DNA from: Longivirga aurantiaca
Lineage (GTDB): Bacteria; Actinomycetota; Actinomycetes; S36-B12; CAIYMF01
Length of the DNA: 32,000 bases
Direction: 5' to 3'
Assembly (NCBI RefSeq): GCF_042660085.1
Contig: NZ_JBHSTI010000003.1
Span: 11,962-43,961 of the forward strand
The notes under the pieces: model-generated
Told to the model about the DNA's origin: nothing
What the model saw: only the letters and a program-made list of their open reading frames with translations
Databases searched by the model: none
Translations under genes and position numbers: made by a program
Shown: positions 27,215-32,000 of the stretch, one piece after another
How positions within the stretch are numbered: position 1 is the stretch's first letter
Layout: each line of letters starts with the position of its first letter

Positions 27215-28573
27215 TCACTCGGCGGTGGAGATGAAGACGTTCTTGAGCTCGGTGTAGCCGTCCATGGCGGCCATTCCGAGCTCGCGGCCGAACCCTGACT
27301 GCTTGAAGCCGCCGAAGGGTGTCTGCAGCCGCACCGAGGTGCTGGAGTTGACCGAGATCGACCCGGACTCCAGCCCCCTGGCCACCCGGATCGCCCGGCC
27401 CAGGTCGCGGGTCCAGATCGACCCGGACAGGCCGAAGATCGTGTCGTTGGCCAGTGCGATCGCATCCTGCTCGTCGTCGAACGGGAGCACCGCCACCACC
27501 GGCCCGAAGATCTCCTCGCGCACGATCCGGTGCTCGCGCGGCGGGTCCAGGACCAGGTGCGGAGCCATCCAGTGGCCCGGACCGCTCGGTCCGGGGACCG
27601 GGGCGACGATGTCGAGCGCCGGGTCGAGGAAGGACCGCACCTTGTCCAGATGAGGGGCGGAGACGAGCGGGCCCATGGCCGTCGTGGAGTCGAGCGGGTC
27701 GCCGACCGTGAACGTCGAGGTCGCGGCGACGAACAAGGCGACGAACTCGTCGTAGACGTCGCGCTGGACCAGCACCCGGCTCCGTGCGCAGCAGTCCTGG
27801 CCCGAGTTGCCGAAGACGGCTCCCGTGCTCGCCGAGGCCGCCCTCTCCAGGTCGGCGTCGGCGAACACGACCGCCGCCGACTTGCCGCCCAGCTCCAGGG
27901 TGAGCCGCTTCATCGTGCCGGCCGAGGCGCGCATGATCGTCTGGCCGGTCTGGGTCGAGCCGGTGAAGCTGATCTTGCCGACCCCGGGGTGCTCCGTCAG
28001 GGCGGCGCCCACGGTCGATCCCGGGCCGTGGACGACCTGGAAGAGCCCGTCGGGAAGATCGACCTGGGCGAAGATCCGCTCCAGCTCGAGCACGGAGAGC
28101 GGAGTCAGCTCCGCCGGCTTCACGATGACCGCGTTCCCGCAGGCGAGTGCCGGTGCGATGTTCCACGCGGCGATGACGAGGGGGAAGTTCCACGGTGCGA
28201 TCACGGTGACGACGCCGATCGGCTCGCGCACCGTGAAGTCGAGTCCGCCGTCCACCGGGATCGTGTCGCCGAAGCTCTTGTCGATGGCTCCCGCGTAGTA
28301 GTCGAAGGTGTCGGCCACCATGGCCACCTCGCCGCGGCTGTCGCCGATGGGCTTGCCGACGTTGGCGGTCTCCACCTGCGCGAGGGTCTCCGCGTCGGCA
28401 CGGATGAGCTCGGCGAGACGGCGGAGCGCCTCGATCCGACGGCGCTGAGGGAGTCCTGCCCACTGCCGCTGTGCGCGCGTCGCCCGCTCGACCACCTCAT
28501 CGATGCGCTCGACCGGGGTGACGGTCGGCTCTGCGATGACCTCGAGGTTGGACGGGTTGACGATCTGCGACAT
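27215..28573 (-). CDS. Aldehyde dehydrogenase family protein
   Basis: MSQIVNPSNLEVIAEPTV...VTVIAPWNFPLVIAAWNIAPALACGNAVIVKPAELTP...LTLELGGKSAAVVFADAD...NSGQDCCARSRVLV. Confidence 0.94.
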   Translation of the reverse strand: MSQIVNPSNLEVIAEPTVTPVERIDEVVERATRAQRQWAGLPQRRRIEALRRLAELIRADAETLAQVETANVGKPIGDSRGEVAMVADTFDYYAGAIDKSFGDTIPVDGGLDFTVREPIGVVTVIAPWNFPLVIAAWNIAPALACGNAVIVKPAELTPLSVLELERIFAQVDLPDGLFQVVHGPGSTVGAALTEHPGVGKISFTGSTQTGQTIMRASAGTMKRLTLELGGKSAAVVFADADLERAASASTGAVFGNSGQDCCARSRVLVQRDVYDEFVALFVAATSTFTVGDPLDSTTAMGPLVSAPHLDKVRSFLDPALDIVAPVPGPSGPGHWMAPHLVLDPPREHRIVREEIFGPVVAVLPFDDEQDAIALANDTIFGLSGSIWTRDLGRAIRVARGLESGSISVNSSTSVRLQTPFGGFKQSGFGRELGMAAMDGYTELKNVFISTAE

Positions 28574-28964
28574 GGGGGCCTCGGTTCCGACGGTTCGGGT
28601 GCGTGGGCGCGGTGGACGGAGCCGATCGCCGCGACGCGCCAACCCTCCGGCGCCCGACGCCGACCATCAATGTGCGCGCTGCACACAGGGTCGCGGCGAG
28701 AGTCGCCACGCGGCCCACACCGCCACGTGCGGCGTCGGAGTTGGATGAGCATGCACGATCCGGCGACCAGGACCGCTGTCCGGTTGAGGTCGCAGGGTCG
28801 TGGACGACGAGGACGTCGCGGCCGAGGAGACCCGGTCGTGACGAGGTGGGGAGGGTCGGTCGCATGTCCGCCGCCCCACCGCACCGGGCGCGCTACCCGA
28901 GCGCGCTCGCGGCGCGGCCTCTCACGACGTTCCGCAGGACGACTCGCTCGCAGGGAGATCGAGT

Positions 28965-30125
28965 ATGACGCAGCAGCCCGTTCGAGACTTCGACTTCCAC
29001 GGCGAAGCGCTCGACAACATCTTCGAGACCTATCGGGACCTCCGCTCCGAGTGCCCCGTCGGCTGGAGCGATCGCTACGGCGGGTTCTGGTTCTTCACGA
29101 AGCACGAGGACATCTTCAACGCGGAGCAGGACTGGCAGACCTACTCCGTCACGCCCTCGATGCTGCTGCCCGATCTCGGCAACGTCGAGCCGATGATCCC
29201 CATCGACGTCGACCCGCCTGAGCACACCCACTACCGGCGGATCCTGCTGCCGCTGTTCACCCCGTCCGCGGTCGACGAGCTGACTCCGTTCGTCGTCCAG
29301 ACCGCTCGTGAGCTCGCGGACGAGGCTCTCAAGCAGGACGTCGTGGACGTCAGCCACACCTATGCGCGCCCGCTCCCCATGATCGTCTTCAGCAGCCTGA
29401 TCGGCTATCCCCCCGAGGACTGGCACCTGTTCGACCAGTGGATCGACCGGATCTTCGCCCGGGCGGAGGACGCCGAGGACGCGACACGAGCCTCCCAGGA
29501 GGTGCACGCGTACCTCGAGGCGCTCGTCGAGCGGCGCCGGAACGAGCCCGAGATCGACGACATCACGGGACGCCTGCTCAAGGCCGAGATCAACGGCCGG
29601 CCGATCACTCACGACGAGCTGATGAGCTACCAGTACCTGCTGTTCATCGCCGGTCTCGAGACGACCGCGTGGACCATCAGGGCCGGCCTCTGGCACCTGG
29701 CGCGCAACACCGCTGACCAGCAGCGGCTCCGTGAGAACCCCGACCTGATCCCCGCAGCGGTCGAGGAGTTCCTCCGGACGCTGGCACCGGTGCAGGGCAT
29801 GGCGCGCACGGCGCTCAAGGACGTCGAGGTGCGTGGGTGCCCGATCAAGAAGGGCGATCGGGTGGTGCTCGCCTTCGGCTCGGGTAACCGGGACGAGGAT
29901 GCCTACGAGGACTCCGACCAGATCGTCATCGACCGGGAGCAGAACCGGCACTTCGCCTTCGGCGTGGGGGTGCACCGGTGCCTGGGCTCCAACCTCGGAC
30001 GCCGTGAGGTCGTCGTCGCCCTCCGCGAGTTCCTCGCCCGCACTCCGCTCTTCGAGGCGGTGGACCCCACCGAGCAGTGGCACGGCGTCGGTCCGCTTCA
30101 CATCCGATTCGTCCGAGAGGCTTGA
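28965..30125 (+). CDS. Cytochrome P450
   Basis: I-helix LLFIAGLETTAWT, K-helix EEFLRTLAPVQGMAR, heme-binding FAFGVGVHRCLGSNLGRRE. Confidence 0.96.
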   Translation: MTQQPVRDFDFHGEALDNIFETYRDLRSECPVGWSDRYGGFWFFTKHEDIFNAEQDWQTYSVTPSMLLPDLGNVEPMIPIDVDPPEHTHYRRILLPLFTPSAVDELTPFVVQTARELADEALKQDVVDVSHTYARPLPMIVFSSLIGYPPEDWHLFDQWIDRIFARAEDAEDATRASQEVHAYLEALVERRRNEPEIDDITGRLLKAEINGRPITHDELMSYQYLLFIAGLETTAWTIRAGLWHLARNTADQQRLRENPDLIPAAVEEFLRTLAPVQGMARTALKDVEVRGCPIKKGDRVVLAFGSGNRDEDAYEDSDQIVIDREQNRHFAFGVGVHRCLGSNLGRREVVVALREFLARTPLFEAVDPTEQWHGVGPLHIRFVREA

Positions 30126-30129
30126 TCCG

Positions 30130-30327
30130 ATGAAGGTCCAGGTGGACTCCAGCAAGTGCCAGGGGCACAACCGCTGCATGATCTTCGCCCCCGAGGTCTT
30201 CGAGGTGGACGACTACGGATTCGCCAGCGCGCAGCGGGGCGGAGAGGTGCCGGCCGAGCTCGCCGACAAGGCACGCACCGCGGCCGCCAACTGCCCCGAG
30301 CTGGCCATCGTCATCTCCGAGGACTGA
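30130..30327 (+). CDS. Ferredoxin, 3Fe-4S P450-partner type
   Basis: MKVQVDSSKCQGHNRCMIFAPEVFEVDDYGFA...AAANCPELAIVI. Confidence 0.93.
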   Translation: MKVQVDSSKCQGHNRCMIFAPEVFEVDDYGFASAQRGGEVPAELADKARTAAANCPELAIVISED

Positions 30328-30328
30328 C

Positions 30329-31510
30329 GTGTCCGACGTCGGCGTCCTGGTCGTCGGGGGTGGCCTCGCAGGCTGCACCGTGGCCAGGGCGCTGGAGGAT
30401 GCCGGCCGGGGGAGCGACGTCCTCGTCGTCGACCCGGATCCCCACGCTCCCTACGACCGGCCGCCGCTGACCAAGGCCTTCCTGGCCGAGGAGGACCACC
30501 TCACCCAGCGGCCGCCGTGGGCGCCCGGTGCCGTGGACTGGCTCGCGGACTGCGTGGTCGCCGTCGACCTCATGGGTCGGGCCGTCCGGCTGGCATCCGG
30601 TCGATCGCTCACCGCCGAGACCGTCGTGCTCGCGGCAGGGTCGCTGGCTCGCACGCTGCCGGGCCGTCCCGACCGCGTGATCACGGTGCGGTTCGCGGAG
30701 GACGCCCGGCGGGTCAGGGAGCTGCGCAGGTCCGGCGCGTCACGGTTCCTCATCGAGGGCGCCGGGCCCCTCGGACTCGAGCTCGCGTCGACGCTCGCGT
30801 CCGACGGCGCCGAGGTCACCGTGGTCGACCCGGCGTCGGCGCCGATGGAGAGACTGCTCGGCGGCGCGCTCGGGGAGGAGGTGTCCGGCTGGGCGCGGGA
30901 TGCGGGGGTGCGGCTGCTCTTGGACACGAAGATCACGAAGGTGTCCGCCCTCGGCGACGGTGGGCGTGTCGAGGCGGTGCGCAGCACAGGTGCCGCCGAG
31001 GTGTTCGACTGCATGATCACGGCGGTCGGCAGCGTGCCCGCCCCCCTCATGCTGATGGGTCCGGCCGGGCCGGTGGGGACCGCGGTCGTCGACCGGCGTC
31101 GTCGGCTCGTCGACCTCGACGGCAGGGTCTTCGACGGGATCCTCGCGGCGGGCGACTTCGCCTTCCAGCGCGACGCCGGCGGCTCGCTGGTACGCAGCGA
31201 GTCCTGGACCGCGGCCAGGATCGACGGAGAGGCGGTCGCCCGGGAGATCCTCGGCGACGGCGCGGGTCCGGACGAGGTCCCGTACTTCTGGACCCGGCAG
31301 TTCGGACGGATGGTCCAGGTGCTGGGCTCCATTCCGTTGGGGGCCGCGCTGCATCTCGTCGCCGAGGTGCCCAAGACCCACGGCGCCCTCTACCAGGCCA
31401 CGTTCGGTGGCGCAGTCGTCGCCTATGTCGGCGTGAACGCGCAACGTCTGGTGGCCATGCTCCAGACGCAGCCGGGATCCGTCGCGGACTGGGCACCGTC
31501 CGAGGGATGA
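30329..31510 (+). CDS. FAD-dependent ferredoxin reductase
   Basis: MSDVGVLVVGGGLAGCTVARALEDAGRGSDVLVVDPDPHAPYDRPPLTKAFL...; follows P450 and ferredoxin. Confidence 0.92.
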   Translation: MSDVGVLVVGGGLAGCTVARALEDAGRGSDVLVVDPDPHAPYDRPPLTKAFLAEEDHLTQRPPWAPGAVDWLADCVVAVDLMGRAVRLASGRSLTAETVVLAAGSLARTLPGRPDRVITVRFAEDARRVRELRRSGASRFLIEGAGPLGLELASTLASDGAEVTVVDPASAPMERLLGGALGEEVSGWARDAGVRLLLDTKITKVSALGDGGRVEAVRSTGAAEVFDCMITAVGSVPAPLMLMGPAGPVGTAVVDRRRRLVDLDGRVFDGILAAGDFAFQRDAGGSLVRSESWTAARIDGEAVAREILGDGAGPDEVPYFWTRQFGRMVQVLGSIPLGAALHLVAEVPKTHGALYQATFGGAVVAYVGVNAQRLVAMLQTQPGSVADWAPSEG

Positions 31511-31543
31511 TGGCCGAGGGATGATCGTCGAGCCGCACCACTC

Positions 31544-32000
31544 GTGAAAGGTCCAGCGTTGCCGCGGAAGCAGAGCACGAGCGCGTCGGCCGCCGCCCTG
31601 GCCGCCGCGGACGTCGAGATCCTGCACCAGGCGCTGCGGGACGCCGAGCGCCGCGGGGCGCTCCTCAACGAGCTCGTCGAGGCGCTGAACCAGTCGCGCG
31701 ACGCAGTCTCGCTCCTGCAGCGCTCGGTCGAGGCCGTCGTGCGAGCCATCGACGCAAGCGGTGCATTCGTCTACCTCTGGGACAACGAGGGCGGCCGCTT
31801 CGTCCTTCGCTCGGCGACCGAGGGCCATCAGAAGGCCTTCGTCGGGCGGATCTTCCTGCGTCCGGGCGAGGGGCTGGCGGGATGGTCCGCCTTGATGCGG
31901 CGTCCGGTGCTGATCGGCGAACAGCTGGCCGAGGATCCGCGCGTGGTGATCTTCCCCGAGCTGCAGGAGAGCGAGTTCCGCTCCTGTCTCATCGTGCCCA
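31544..32000 (+). CDS. GAF-domain protein, probable transcriptional regulator (3' end outside window)
   Basis: Open frame from GTG 31544: VKGPALPRKQSTSASAAALAAADVEILHQALRDAERRGALLNELVEALNQSRDAVSLLQRSVEAVVRAIDASGAFVYLWDNEGGRFVLRSATEGHQKAFVG...LRPGEGLAGWSALMRRPVLIGEQLAEDPRVV. Confidence 0.7.
   Translation, partial: MKGPALPRKQSTSASAAALAAADVEILHQALRDAERRGALLNELVEALNQSRDAVSLLQRSVEAVVRAIDASGAFVYLWDNEGGRFVLRSATEGHQKAFVGRIFLRPGEGLAGWSALMRRPVLIGEQLAEDPRVVIFPELQESEFRSCLIVP

Overview
High-GC actinobacterial (Nocardioides/Aeromicrobium-like) chromosomal window with two parts. (A) About 1-14.8 kb is ordinary core genome: topA 3' end, transglutaminase-like protein, spermidine-synthase-like protein, tmk-holB, fused B12 mutase icmF with a divergent MarR regulator, a membrane protein, alpha/beta hydrolase, PSP1/RicT-like protein and a TAP-like lipoprotein hydrolase. 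(B) From tRNA-Thr(CGT) at 14856 rightwards is accessory DNA: tyrosine integrase plus excisionase, a phased 12-bp repeat array, two head-to-tail IS110-family elements (one with an in-frame TAG, one frameshifted), a junction of truncated metabolic gene fragments, and a large divergent catabolic cluster (P450/ferredoxin/ferredoxin reductase opposite two ALDHs, two alcohol dehydrogenases, ferredoxin, gamma-glutamyl-hydrolase-like protein and a truncated class-III aminotransferase). The non-coding signals most worth following up are a 42-bp promoter/operator-like module duplicated on opposite strands around 11.0-11.2 kb, the repeat array beside the integrase, conserved non-coding leaders of the IS110 pair (bridge-RNA candidates), an inverted repeat that forms the end of tmk, and a dispersed intergenic repeat family. 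I found no clearly novel multi-gene system. The catabolic cluster has an unidentified substrate.
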